Source of the DNA: an uncultured Desulfobacterales bacterium
GTDB taxonomy: Bacteria; Desulfobacterota; Desulfobacteria; Desulfobacterales; JAHEIW01
Reading direction: 5' to 3'
Length of the DNA: 64,000 nucleotides
Assembly: GCA_947259495.1 (NCBI GenBank)
Contig: CAMYLV010000014.1
Location: forward strand, 13,761 to 77,760
Every line of letters begins with the position of its first letter. Positions within the stretch are counted from its first letter, which is position 1. Below the pieces are notes generated by a model. That model saw nothing but the letters and a program-made list of their open reading frames with translations, was not told the DNA's origin and did not search any database. The position numbers were made by a program, and so were the translations under genes. Below are positions 26,972 through 35,401 of the stretch, piece after piece.

Positions 26972-27163
26972 AAAAAGTACTTGAATTTGCACGAGTCGGA
27001 GGCTCGCCCAAAGGGTGAAAATTGATGAGATAAAAAGATTTTTATCCATTTTATTTGATAATTTATTAGTCTACTTCGCTGACTTGCTTAGACTGCTATT
27101 ATTAAGGTTATTAAAGCGTCTCATTAATTTTAATGCAAATTCAAGTCTTAAAAGGAGATGATC

Positions 27164-27427
27164 ATGCTGAAAATCAGATTTTTCATGAACCTGCCCAATG
27201 GAAAGCCATGAAAGCACTTTAAAAAAATGATGCCCAGGCTGGGTGAAAAATACGACATCGAGATTGAAACGATCGAAAAGCCAAAAGACGAGTATATGAC
27301 CGATGAATATTTTGAACTCGATCTGCCGGTTGCGCCTGCGGTTATGGTAGGCGATGAAATTGTTGTAGAAGGGACCGACGTTTCCAAAAAAAAACTGGAG
27401 GCGGCAATCAAGGCAGGCCTGCAATAA
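27164..27427 (+). CDS. small thioredoxin-fold protein (redox-active-disulfide-protein-2-like) with an in-frame UGA (candidate Sec at 27209-27211)
   Basis: GGAG lies 6 nt before the ATG at 27164. The translation is MLKIRFFMNLPNGKP-U-KHFKKMMPRLGEKYDIEIETIEK...APAVMVGDEIVVEG..., with the CxxC position reading GKPU. A hairpin cccaggcuggg lies 21-33 nt after the UGA. Confidence 0.55.
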
Positions 27428-27455
27428 TCCGTCTTTGTTAAAAAGGGGTAAACGT

Positions 27456-28202
27456 ATGGAAATTCAATTTACGACTAAAGACAAAAAATGGATTCAAAAA
27501 ACGATTAGGAAAACATATTCCAAAGCCGCTAAAAACCCTGGTGGCCTGTTTAGATATCCCACGGGCCATGAGGGACTGATGGCTTTAAAATATGATCCTG
27601 AACTCCTGCAGGCGTTACCGGCGGAAGTTGCCGCTTCATATTGCGGCGTGGGCAATCCCTTCACCTTAGGACCCATAAATGCAGGGGATGCTGTGCTGGA
27701 TGTGGGCTGCGGAGCCGGCGTCGACGCGCTTTTTTCAGCGATGCGGACGGGCCCTTCGGGAAAAGTGACGGGGATCGATATAACCCCTGCAATGCTTAAG
27801 CGGGCTCAAAAGAATCTTTCGATGACGGATTTAAAAAATGTCCGCTTTGAGGAAGGATCGGTTGAAAACCTGCCCTTTGCAGATGAAGTCTTTGACGTTG
27901 TAACCTCAAATGGGGCCTTAAACCTTATCCCCGACAAAACCAGGGCCTTTGGTGAGATCTACCGCGTTTTAAAATCAGGTGGACGCCTGATGGTCGCAGA
28001 CGAAATTCTAATCGGTGAATTGCCCACGGAAAAAAATAAAATAATTAAAAGCTGGGCTCAGTGAGAGGGCGGGGCAATACCGGGAAAGGATTTCCTGGCA
28101 ATGCTTCAAAAGGTTGGGTTCAAAACCCCCGAGCTGGTTGCTAAAACGGGATTTAACAGCTCACCCAAAACAGAGGGCGTATTGATTCGTGCGATAAAAT
28201 AG
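27456..28202 (+). CDS. ArsM-like SAM-dependent methyltransferase with an in-frame UGA (candidate Sec at 28062-28064)
   Basis: SYCGVGNPF and VLDVGCGAGVD motifs. Reading through gives ...KSWAQ-U-EGGAIPGKDFLAMLQKVGFKTPELV...-TAG at 28200-28202. In ArsM-type enzymes a Cys sits at this spot (yaGCiaGA...aGF). A hairpin ccgggaaaggauuuccugg lies 17-35 nt after the UGA. Confidence 0.65.
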
Positions 28203-28417
28203 ACCAAAAAATTTCGTCGAAAAGCCTGACAACAATCTTGCCAGACGAACAAGTTGTATTCACATCAATTATTAACACCCAATTCACATATCTGAATCAA
28301 CCTTTTAGGCTATAAATAAACGCCAGTGGTCAATTAAACCAGGGCCGAAGTTTGAAATATGAAGCGCCTGTGCTGATAGGACGTTTTTTAAAGCAATCAT
28401 ATTTCCGATATACTTAA

Positions 28418-28924
28418 TTAGCTGTCGGCCACACCGGCCCGCATCATTCGGCTGACCACCAGATGATGAAACGGCCGGATAATATTGAAATACACCGGTC
28501 CGGTCCAGTGTTTGTAATGCACGATCGTGGCCACATGAAACCGCTTGCGGTTTACCGCCAGGGGTTCGACGAAGACCCCAAAATAGGCGCTCAGGTGCTT
28601 ATCCTCCGGTGTTTCGCCGACCCAATATCGCTTTTCTTTTGCCAACCGCACGGTGAAGAAAGTTACAAGATCACCCACCGCAAACGATATATCTGCGGCC
28701 TTCAAATGCGGCAAGACTTCCGGCGCCTGATGTTCAACCAAACCCAGTATCTTGACCAAAACGGCGCGAATACGGTAGAGCAGCAAAACCCACCAGGGAT
28801 AGTAAGACAACATTGATGCCGCAAACTGGCGCAAGGATGTGTTGCCTTCGATGGTCTTGACGTCGATATAGTTTGATTCTTCAAACAACGGGCCAATCTC
28901 CGGAATTTGTTCAATGAAGTTCAT
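28418..28924 (-). CDS. DUF2867-like protein
   Basis: 168-aa ORF. The family assignment is from memory (SYYPWWVLLLYRIR pattern). It overlaps the upstream gene stop. Confidence 0.5.
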   Translation of the reverse strand: MNFIEQIPEIGPLFEESNYIDVKTIEGNTSLRQFAASMLSYYPWWVLLLYRIRAVLVKILGLVEHQAPEVLPHLKAADISFAVGDLVTFFTVRLAKEKRYWVGETPEDKHLSAYFGVFVEPLAVNRKRFHVATIVHYKHWTGPVYFNIIRPFHHLVVSRMMRAGVADS

Positions 28925-29250
28925 TTGGAAGGCAGCGTTTTGACAAAGTCTTTGGCCTTATTCAGCCAGGATATGAGTTGATCATCGCTTTTAAAACCCT
29001 GGCTTTCAAGCATCACCCAGCCTTTCATCGGTTTGCCGGTAATATCAAAGGGCTTGGTATGCGCTTTTTTTAATGCTTCGGTGGCCGCCTTTTCTCCCAA
29101 TCGCAGAATAAGGTAATCCTTGTAAACCCCGCAGACCATGTTCCCGTCCAGCAGGTGACAGACACCTCCGAACATCTTTTTAGCGTCGCTATTTTTCCAG
29201 CGGCTTACAATCTTTCTGATACGATCATCAATTTCCAGGTTGTAAGGCAT
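28921..29250 (-). CDS. TfoX N-terminal-domain protein
   Basis: KKMFGGVCHLLDGNMVCGVYKDYLILRL. Confidence 0.75.
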   Translation of the reverse strand: MPYNLEIDDRIRKIVSRWKNSDAKKMFGGVCHLLDGNMVCGVYKDYLILRLGEKAATEALKKAHTKPFDITGKPMKGWVMLESQGFKSDDQLISWLNKAKDFVKTLPSK

Positions 29251-29298
29251 GAGCTCCTCCTTTTTCTATGAACGAACAGCATTTGCCCGGACACTTGA

Positions 29299-29742
29299 TC
29301 AGGGGGATACGGACAAACGGTTGGCGGTTGTCAGCAACTGCATGCCCGGTGAATCCACCGGACGTTCGAGAAAACCGAATTTTTTATAAAAAGAACTTTT
29401 ACCTTTGGCCGCAAACAACCAGATAACCCGGATGTCCTGCAAGCGGCAATGTTCGATCAATTTATTCAGCAGCGTGCTGCCAATGCCCTGCCCCTGGCAG
29501 GCGGGATTGACAATCAGGTCACAGATCAGGGCATACAAAACGCCATCGGAAAGAATGCGCCCGAAGCCGACCAGACGATCATCGTCATAGACCGACAGCA
29601 CATACCAGCTGTCAGCAATTGCCCGGTAAAGCTCCTTTGAACTCGCTTGATAGGTGTGATTCCAGCCGGTGGTTTCAAACAACCGATAATAATCGGGTGG
29701 TGGCGGCGGTTGTTCGCGATAAACCATCTCTGAGTGTGTCAT
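29299..29742 (-). CDS. GNAT-family N-acetyltransferase
   Basis: The acetyl-CoA motif VNPACQGQGIGSTLLNKLI. Confidence 0.85.
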   Translation of the reverse strand: MTHSEMVYREQPPPPPDYYRLFETTGWNHTYQASSKELYRAIADSWYVLSVYDDDRLVGFGRILSDGVLYALICDLIVNPACQGQGIGSTLLNKLIEHCRLQDIRVIWLFAAKGKSSFYKKFGFLERPVDSPGMQLLTTANRLSVSP

Positions 29743-29976
29743 AATAAAACCTGCCTCGGTTTTAGGGTTTTCACTGAAAGCATCTGAGCTGCAACCTATT
29801 AAACAGAAATATTATTATTAATAAAATTGCAAGCCGAATCTCATCTTTAGCTGTCCGATGCCTTTGCCGATTCGGACTGGTTGACATTTCGAATAAGCAG
29901 CTTACCTTAACGACATTTATTGGCAGATGACCACTAAACGTACGTTCGCCCTACGCTCAAAAAAGGAGAATACGCA

Positions 29977-30654
29977 ATGGCGTTTGAAACCAAAGAACAG
30001 GTGCTGGAAATGATCCTCACCCGCGAGAAACCCAGCTGCCCGCATTGCGGTAAAGAAATGAACCTATGGGAAGTCCCTCCGGTTACCGTGGGCGATGGGC
30101 TCGGTTGGGGAACCCCCTATCTGTATATCTGCTTTAACGACCAATGTACGTGTTACGAGCAGGGCTGGAATCAGATGAAAGAGAACTATGCCCAGAACGC
30201 ATCCTATCGTTGCATGAACTATCCGGGGACTGAAACGTTTGAAATCCTGCCGGTATTCAGCAGCATGGGGGGGCGCGGTCAGGTCATCGACGACCAGGTG
30301 CTGGCCGAGCAGGAAGCCTTAAAAGAGGCAACTAAAAAAGGATTTTCACTCCTGGCAGATTGCTATGTCAGAAAGGACGGCCCCCAGGTTCTCACGATCC
30401 TGCTTGACATAACAGAGCCGATGCGCGTCAGAGTCAAAGCAGCGGAAATGATCGGAGACATCGGTGAACTGGAGGCCATCGATCCAATCCGAAATGTACA
30501 GTTCGGAAATAAAATTCTGCAAAAAAAGATCGAAGACGCCATTACAAAAATTCATGAGCGATTTTATACCCGGGAATGTCCCTTTTGTGCGGAGATTATC
30601 AAAAAGAGGGCTAAGATTTGCAAGCATTGTAGCAAGGAGGTTGCCGGCCTCTAA
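29977..30654 (+). CDS. hypothetical protein with N- and C-terminal zinc-ribbon motifs
   Basis: CPHCG...C..C at the N-terminus and CPFCAE...CKHC at the C-terminus. The central region is HEAT-like. Confidence 0.5.
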   Translation: MAFETKEQVLEMILTREKPSCPHCGKEMNLWEVPPVTVGDGLGWGTPYLYICFNDQCTCYEQGWNQMKENYAQNASYRCMNYPGTETFEILPVFSSMGGRGQVIDDQVLAEQEALKEATKKGFSLLADCYVRKDGPQVLTILLDITEPMRVRVKAAEMIGDIGELEAIDPIRNVQFGNKILQKKIEDAITKIHERFYTRECPFCAEIIKKRAKICKHCSKEVAGL

Positions 30655-30685
30655 ATTGGCCTTAAAATGCCATATTTTGCTCTAT

Positions 30686-30790
30686 AACTGTGTTGCAAAA
30701 GGGCTCAAAATGCTCACGTACTAACATGTCCGCTCCGCTTTTGACCCCTTTCGCGCCTTGTTATCAAACAAAATCTGATATTTTAAAGCC
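30686..30790 (+). repeat. R6 structured element, copy 2
   Basis: The stem gcaaaagggctcaaaa / ttttgacccctttcgc pairs at 14/16. Its sequence differs from copy 1, but the loop tgctcacgtactaacatgtccgctccgc is conserved. Confidence 0.55.
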
Positions 30791-30939
30791 AATTTCACTT
30801 GTTTAACTGTTCTATATCGAATTATCTCTCCAATAATTCTCTATTACTCAAACCAATAGCACCGTCTTATAAAACTTATAAAAACACGAAAATGAAAAAA
30901 AATGTTTAAGATTTATGTTAGATAACCGATATTTATACC

Positions 30940-31320
30940 ATGAAAAAACTTGACCGCCGAAAATTTCCCAGAATCAAAGTGTTTAACCCGATTGCCTATG
31001 ACTGTATGGATAAGAATGGTGTTCTGGTCAACCAGAATATGGGAATTGCCTTGGACATCAGTCAAAATGGCATTCTGCTGGAAACAGCCCAGATGATACA
31101 AGAAAAAAATATCTATTTATTATTCGTTGATCTGGAAGATAATATGACAAGAATCATCGGAAGGGTTGTTTTTTCCGTCAAGAATAAAGACGGAAATTTC
31201 AAAAGCGGTATTAATTTTCAAGGCGACTCCGATGCAAACATCGCGTTTGCAACCAGATTAATTCAAGCCTATCAGCAAATTGAATCAGAGCCCATTCTGG
31301 TCAATGGCGCCAGGGTTTAA
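30940..31320 (+). CDS. PilZ-domain protein
   Basis: The RRKFPR and DISQNG motifs (RxxxR ... D/NxSxxG). Confidence 0.8.
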   Translation: MKKLDRRKFPRIKVFNPIAYDCMDKNGVLVNQNMGIALDISQNGILLETAQMIQEKNIYLLFVDLEDNMTRIIGRVVFSVKNKDGNFKSGINFQGDSDANIAFATRLIQAYQQIESEPILVNGARV

Positions 31321-31325
31321 CCCTT

Positions 31326-31429
31326 ATAGTGGTTGTTAAAAAAACGTTCCGATTGCGGGACGTTTTTTTGCTACAACACTTATGCCGTCATCCTTTGTCT
31401 CGGAACATTATTATGACAAGCGGTATAAA
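31326..31429 (+). repeat. R1 hairpin repeat, copy 2 (between convergent genes)
   Basis: atagtggttgttaaaaaaacgttccgattgcgggacgtttttttgctacaac...attattatgacaagcggtataaa. Confidence 0.8.
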
Positions 31430-31463
31430 TCATCTTGATATCTTGCACCTTGAGCCTTGCGCC

Positions 31464-32012
31464 CTATTTTATATTTCTGCCCACATTGACATTCATGCTG
31501 TCGTAGGATCGAAATATTAAGCCTTCGCGCTCTCGTTTTTCTGCGGGAAAAGGTTGCTCAATCAGTTTGTTTAATTGCTCTTGTGCCTGTTCCTTTGAGG
31601 GTATCGCATCCAGCCCCTCACCCCGCTTGCGGCCGGAAACCGTATCCAGTAGGATCGCCGTGCGGCCGTCAGATACGACACTCAGCGGAATCTGGTTTTC
31701 CCCCAAAAGCCTGGCAGCAGCCAGTATTTCTCTCTCCCGCGATCCCAGAGAAGCCGCCGCACATTTAAAGGCCATGAATCGGATGGCGCCGCCGTCAACG
31801 CTGACAACCAGATCAATTTGCGAGCAGTAAGATTGGCCGGCAACGCTTATTTCAATGTCCACATCAACTTCAATATCTTCTTTTGCATAACCTTTTTCAT
31901 TGACCAAAAATCTCTCCACCATCTGCCTGTTTTCCTCAGCACCGACATTGGGAATCTCTTTGCCGGTGACAAAATCGGTGACCATGGAATAGGGTTTCAG
32001 GGTATCAGACAC
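31464..32012 (-). CDS. HsdR-N-terminal-like (PD-(D/E)XK-type) domain protein
   Basis: 182-aa ORF. The family call is from memory of the conserved neighbour of rsfS in related genomes and is unverified. Confidence 0.5.
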   Translation of the reverse strand: MSDTLKPYSMVTDFVTGKEIPNVGAEENRQMVERFLVNEKGYAKEDIEVDVDIEISVAGQSYCSQIDLVVSVDGGAIRFMAFKCAAASLGSREREILAAARLLGENQIPLSVVSDGRTAILLDTVSGRKRGEGLDAIPSKEQAQEQLNKLIEQPFPAEKREREGLIFRSYDSMNVNVGRNIK

Positions 32013-32031
32013 AAATATACCTTACTCAGTA

Positions 32032-32409
32032 CTAATTATTTGAGTTTTGCAACTTCTTTAGCGCGGGGGTCTCAATTCGTTTGGCATCGACCCAGAGCCC
32101 TTCAAGATCAAAAAATTCACGAACCGGCTCGTAAAATACGTGGATGACCACATCACCGTAATCCAGCAACACCCAATGGCCCTCGCCGGTGCCTTCAACA
32201 CTGAGGGGTTTGATTTTATGCTTTTTTAAATGGTCAACAATTGCGTCCGCAATTGCGTTTACCTGGCGGTTCGATCGCCCGCTGCAGATCATAAATACAT
32301 CCGCGATGGACGTCAGATTTTGGACATCCAGGACAACTAAATTTAGTGCTTTCTTTTTCGTCACCGCTTCTATGAACAGGTCAAGCGCAGCAACCGCGTC
32401 TTTGCTCAT
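32032..32409 (-). CDS. rsfS: ribosome silencing factor
   Basis: LDV...TSIADVFMICSGRSNRQVNAIADAI...EG...WVLLDYGDVVIHVF. Confidence 0.9.
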   Translation of the reverse strand: MSKDAVAALDLFIEAVTKKKALNLVVLDVQNLTSIADVFMICSGRSNRQVNAIADAIVDHLKKHKIKPLSVEGTGEGHWVLLDYGDVVIHVFYEPVREFFDLEGLWVDAKRIETPALKKLQNSNN

Positions 32410-33071
32410 TTATAAAGTCCTTTGTGTTTTATATATTCTGCCACTTCGGTGGGGACCCAATTTTCGATGGTTTGTTTTTGCTTCACTTCTTGCCGGATTT
32501 TCGTCGAAGAAATGTTCAGCGCCTTGACGTCACAGATATGAACAGGCTGCATGCCCGCTGATATAAAGCAGTTTTGAGAACCTGAAAACCGGTAATCCAC
32601 CGAAATTTTAGACTTAAAGTAATCTTCAAGGATTTTCCAGCCCTGTTGCGTGCTTTGACGCCGCTCATGCGGACGGGCCATGACGATCATCGGAATTTGC
32701 TCGAGCAATTCCAGGTAAGATTTCCAGGAGTCGATTTCGAGGAAGGCATCCAGGCCCATAATCAGATAAATCAGCGCGTCAGCCGGATAGGTACCTTTAA
32801 AATGGCAAACCGTATCAATCGTATACGACGGTCCGCTGCGTTGTAATTCAACATCCGACACGGTTATTCCGGAAATACCGCTAATCGCCAGTTTGATCAT
32901 CTCAAGGCGATCATCGGCACTTACCACCGTAACAGGTGTTTTATGGGGAGGCAACGCGGCTGGAATTAAAAAAATATGATCCAGGTTAAAAATTTTTATT
33001 ACTTCCGACGCAGCCCGCAGATGCCCCCGATGGATGGGGTTAAACGTGCCGCCGAATAATCCAATGCGCAT
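32406..33071 (-). CDS. nadD: nicotinate-nucleotide adenylyltransferase
   Basis: MRIGLFGGTFNPIHRGHL and ISST.IR motifs. Confidence 0.9.
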   Translation of the reverse strand: MRIGLFGGTFNPIHRGHLRAASEVIKIFNLDHIFLIPAALPPHKTPVTVVSADDRLEMIKLAISGISGITVSDVELQRSGPSYTIDTVCHFKGTYPADALIYLIMGLDAFLEIDSWKSYLELLEQIPMIVMARPHERRQSTQQGWKILEDYFKSKISVDYRFSGSQNCFISAGMQPVHICDVKALNISSTKIRQEVKQKQTIENWVPTEVAEYIKHKGLYK

Positions 33072-33135
33072 ATTATTTCAATACCATATCCATCAAGCAC
33101 GAATCAAACACTTGCTTGAGGGGTTATTATTCGCT

Positions 33136-34128
33136 TTATTTATCCAGCAGTTCGATAGTTCGCGAAATCAAGCGCTTGACCCCCTGGTTTTCTTTAGCCG
33201 AAATCAAAATGACCGGTTGCGGATCCAGCGCAGCGGCAAAGGCCTCTGCCGCCTTGGATGTGCCCGGCAAATCCATTTTGTTGAGCGCCACGATTTGAGG
33301 CTTTTGGGTCAGCTGCGGATTGAAAGATTTCAATTCCAGGTTGACGGTTTTAAAATGATCGCGGGGATGTTCCGGATCAATGGCCCCGGCATCGATCAGA
33401 TGTATTAAAATGCGGGTTCGCTCAATATGCCGCAGAAATTGGGTGCCGAGACCGGCCCCTTGATGGGCGCCTTCAATTAAGCCGGGGATATCGGCAACCA
33501 CAAATGGATCGCCCCAATCGGTTTCGACAACGCCAAGTGTTGGTGTCAGGGTGGTAAACGGGTAGTTCGCAATTTTAGGGGAGGCTGATGAAATCACGCT
33601 GATCAGCGTGGATTTGCCGGCATTGGGCAGTCCAATGATGCCCACATCGGCCAAAAGCTTGAGTTCCAGTTTAAGCTGGCGGATTAGTCCCGCTTCACCG
33701 GGTTGGGCATAACGGGGGGTTCGATTGGTCGATGTCTTGAAGCGCGCATTACCGAGGCCGCCCCGGCCGCCTTGAACGACCGTATACGTTTCGCCAGCGG
33801 TGACAAAGTCGTTTAAAACCTCGCCGGTGGCGGCGTCTTTGACCAGGGTGCCGGGTGGAATTTCGATGATCAGATCCGGGCCGTTTTTGCCGGTCTTTTG
33901 CTTGCCCTGGCCGTGGGCGCCATTTTTGGCTTTAAACTGGCGTTTGAATTGAAATGGATAGAGGGTGCGGCGGTGCAATGAGCTTTTTAGAATGACATCT
34001 CCGCCTTTCCCGCCGTCACCGCCATCCGGGCCGCCGCGCGGAACATATTTTTCACGCCGCAAACTGACGCATCCACGCCCGCCGTCACCGGATTGCACGG
34101 TGATCAGTGCTTCATCAAAAAATTTCAC
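33136..34128 (-). CDS. obg: GTPase Obg/CgtA
   Basis: The Obg fold MKFFDEA...[23 protein letters not shown] plus the G motifs GLPNAGKST and DIPGLIEGA. Confidence 0.95.
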   Translation of the reverse strand: MKFFDEALITVQSGDGGRGCVSLRREKYVPRGGPDGGDGGKGGDVILKSSLHRRTLYPFQFKRQFKAKNGAHGQGKQKTGKNGPDLIIEIPPGTLVKDAATGEVLNDFVTAGETYTVVQGGRGGLGNARFKTSTNRTPRYAQPGEAGLIRQLKLELKLLADVGIIGLPNAGKSTLISVISSASPKIANYPFTTLTPTLGVVETDWGDPFVVADIPGLIEGAHQGAGLGTQFLRHIERTRILIHLIDAGAIDPEHPRDHFKTVNLELKSFNPQLTQKPQIVALNKMDLPGTSKAAEAFAAALDPQPVILISAKENQGVKRLISRTIELLDK

Positions 34129-34379
34129 TCGGCATGTACACTGACTTTTTTGCGTGACCGGCCGACTCTTTCATAGGCAACGACACCGTCGATCTTGGCA
34201 AAAAGCGTATAGTCCTTGCCCATGCCGACGTTATCACCCGGATGGATCCGGGTCCCCAGCTGGCGTATGAGAATATTGCCGGCTTTTACCTTTTGGCCGC
34301 CATATCGCTTCACACCGCGCCGTTGCGCGTTGCTGTCGCGTCCGTTTTTGGAACTTCCTGCTGCTTTCTTATGAGCCAT
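34125..34379 (-). CDS. rpmA: 50S ribosomal protein L27
   Basis: [24 protein letters not shown]. Confidence 0.95.
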   Translation of the reverse strand: MAHKKAAGSSKNGRDSNAQRRGVKRYGGQKVKAGNILIRQLGTRIHPGDNVGMGKDYTLFAKIDGVVAYERVGRSRKKVSVHAE

Positions 34380-34433
34380 GGTTAAAACTCCTTACAAATT
34401 AAATTCCCCAAAAACCATGGGGCCATTTAGCCT

Positions 34434-35042
34434 CTATTTGGTTTTATTTTCTGCCTTTTTCTTGGCCGTCGTTTTCGAGGCGACTGTTTTTTTGGCAGTC
34501 GGCTTGCTTGCCGCCTTTTTGGCCGCGGGCTTGGTTTCTGCCTTTTTGGCTTTGGGTTTGGCGGCCGCTTTGGCCTCAGGCTTTTGGGCTTCTTTTTTCT
34601 TTACTTCGGCTTTCGGGGTCTCAGCAGCTTTCCCTTCAGCTGTTGCTCTACTCTCCCGGGGCTTCTCTTTTTCGGCGACAGGCTTTTGGGCTTCGCTTTC
34701 AGGTTCGACTTTTTTGCGGGCCTTTACCCCCTTGGCTTTGATGCTGTCGATTTTAACGGCCGTGTATTGCTGGCGATGCCCTTGCTTGCGGCGATAACGC
34801 TTGCGGCGCTTATACTTGAAAACAATAATTTTTTTAGCTTTACCCTGTTCAACAATATGCCCCTCAACCGTCGCATCGGTCAGCACCGGTTGGCCGATAT
34901 TGACATCGGCGCCGTCGGAAATCAACAATACCTGGTCAAACGTCACCGGGCTGCCGATCTCACCTGTAATCTTTTCAACCCTGAGCGTTTCACCTTCTTC
35001 AACTTTATACTGTTTACCGCCTGAAGTCACTACCGCATACAT
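34434..35042 (-). CDS. rplU: 50S ribosomal protein L21 with an about 100-aa Lys/Ala/Glu-rich C-terminal extension
   Basis: MYAVVTSGGKQYKVEEGETL.... AGGAGG lies 8 nt before the ATG at 35042. Confidence 0.9.
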   Translation of the reverse strand: MYAVVTSGGKQYKVEEGETLRVEKITGEIGSPVTFDQVLLISDGADVNIGQPVLTDATVEGHIVEQGKAKKIIVFKYKRRKRYRRKQGHRQQYTAVKIDSIKAKGVKARKKVEPESEAQKPVAEKEKPRESRATAEGKAAETPKAEVKKKEAQKPEAKAAAKPKAKKAETKPAAKKAASKPTAKKTVASKTTAKKKAENKTK

Positions 35043-35132
35043 CGAATTAGCCTCCTTGAAAATAATCCGCTTTTTCACCATTATAAAACTTGGAATAATT
35101 AACCTTTCAGATTAAATTGTCAAGAAAAACTT

Positions 35133-35162
35133 AAATCTTGCATGAAAATAAATGAAAAGTTG
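35133..35162 (+). repeat. R2 motif copy c
   Basis: aaatcttgcatgaaaataaatgaaaagttg. Confidence 0.65.
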
Positions 35163-35272
35163 GGTTACATTTAATGACAGCAAGTTAAGCTTACTAGGGC
35201 GGTACAACAATGTGCCGATCATATATATTTGTAAAATGCAACATAAAGATACGTATTACCGATACCTGATTT

Positions 35273-35362
35273 GCCCCGTAGGGGCTGATGGGTTTTCGGT
35301 TTCCTGCCTCTCAGAGGAAACCGAAAAATAAAAAACGCTCTGCGCCCTCTGCGCCCTCTGCG
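35273..35362. repeat. R4 element, single arm
   Basis: gccccgtaggggc plus the hairpin ttttcggtttcc-tgcctctcag-aggaaaccgaaaa plus ctctgcgccctctgcgccctctgcg. Confidence 0.7.
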
Positions 35363-35401
35363 TCTCGAGCGACCGAAGGGAGCGGGTGTGATAAAGAATG
35401 A

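Noticed and set aside
27010-27146. A 13-bp perfect inverted repeat, acttgaatttgca / tgcaaattcaagt, separated by about 110 nt upstream of the small thioredoxin-fold gene, as a possible regulatory or repeat element.
   Set aside because: It is a real feature of the sequence, but I found no second copy in the window and no clear operator-like spacing. There is not enough evidence to call a function.
34378-34797. A 139-aa hydrophobic plus-strand ORF opposite the rplU tail.
   Set aside because: It is the complement of the Lys/Ala-rich (AAG/GCC) tail coding region, so it is a low-complexity mirror ORF.
35340-35362. The short tandem ctctgcgcc units as a possible CRISPR or minisatellite.
   Set aside because: There are fewer than three units of 8-9 nt with no spacers. 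They are part of the dispersed R4 element.
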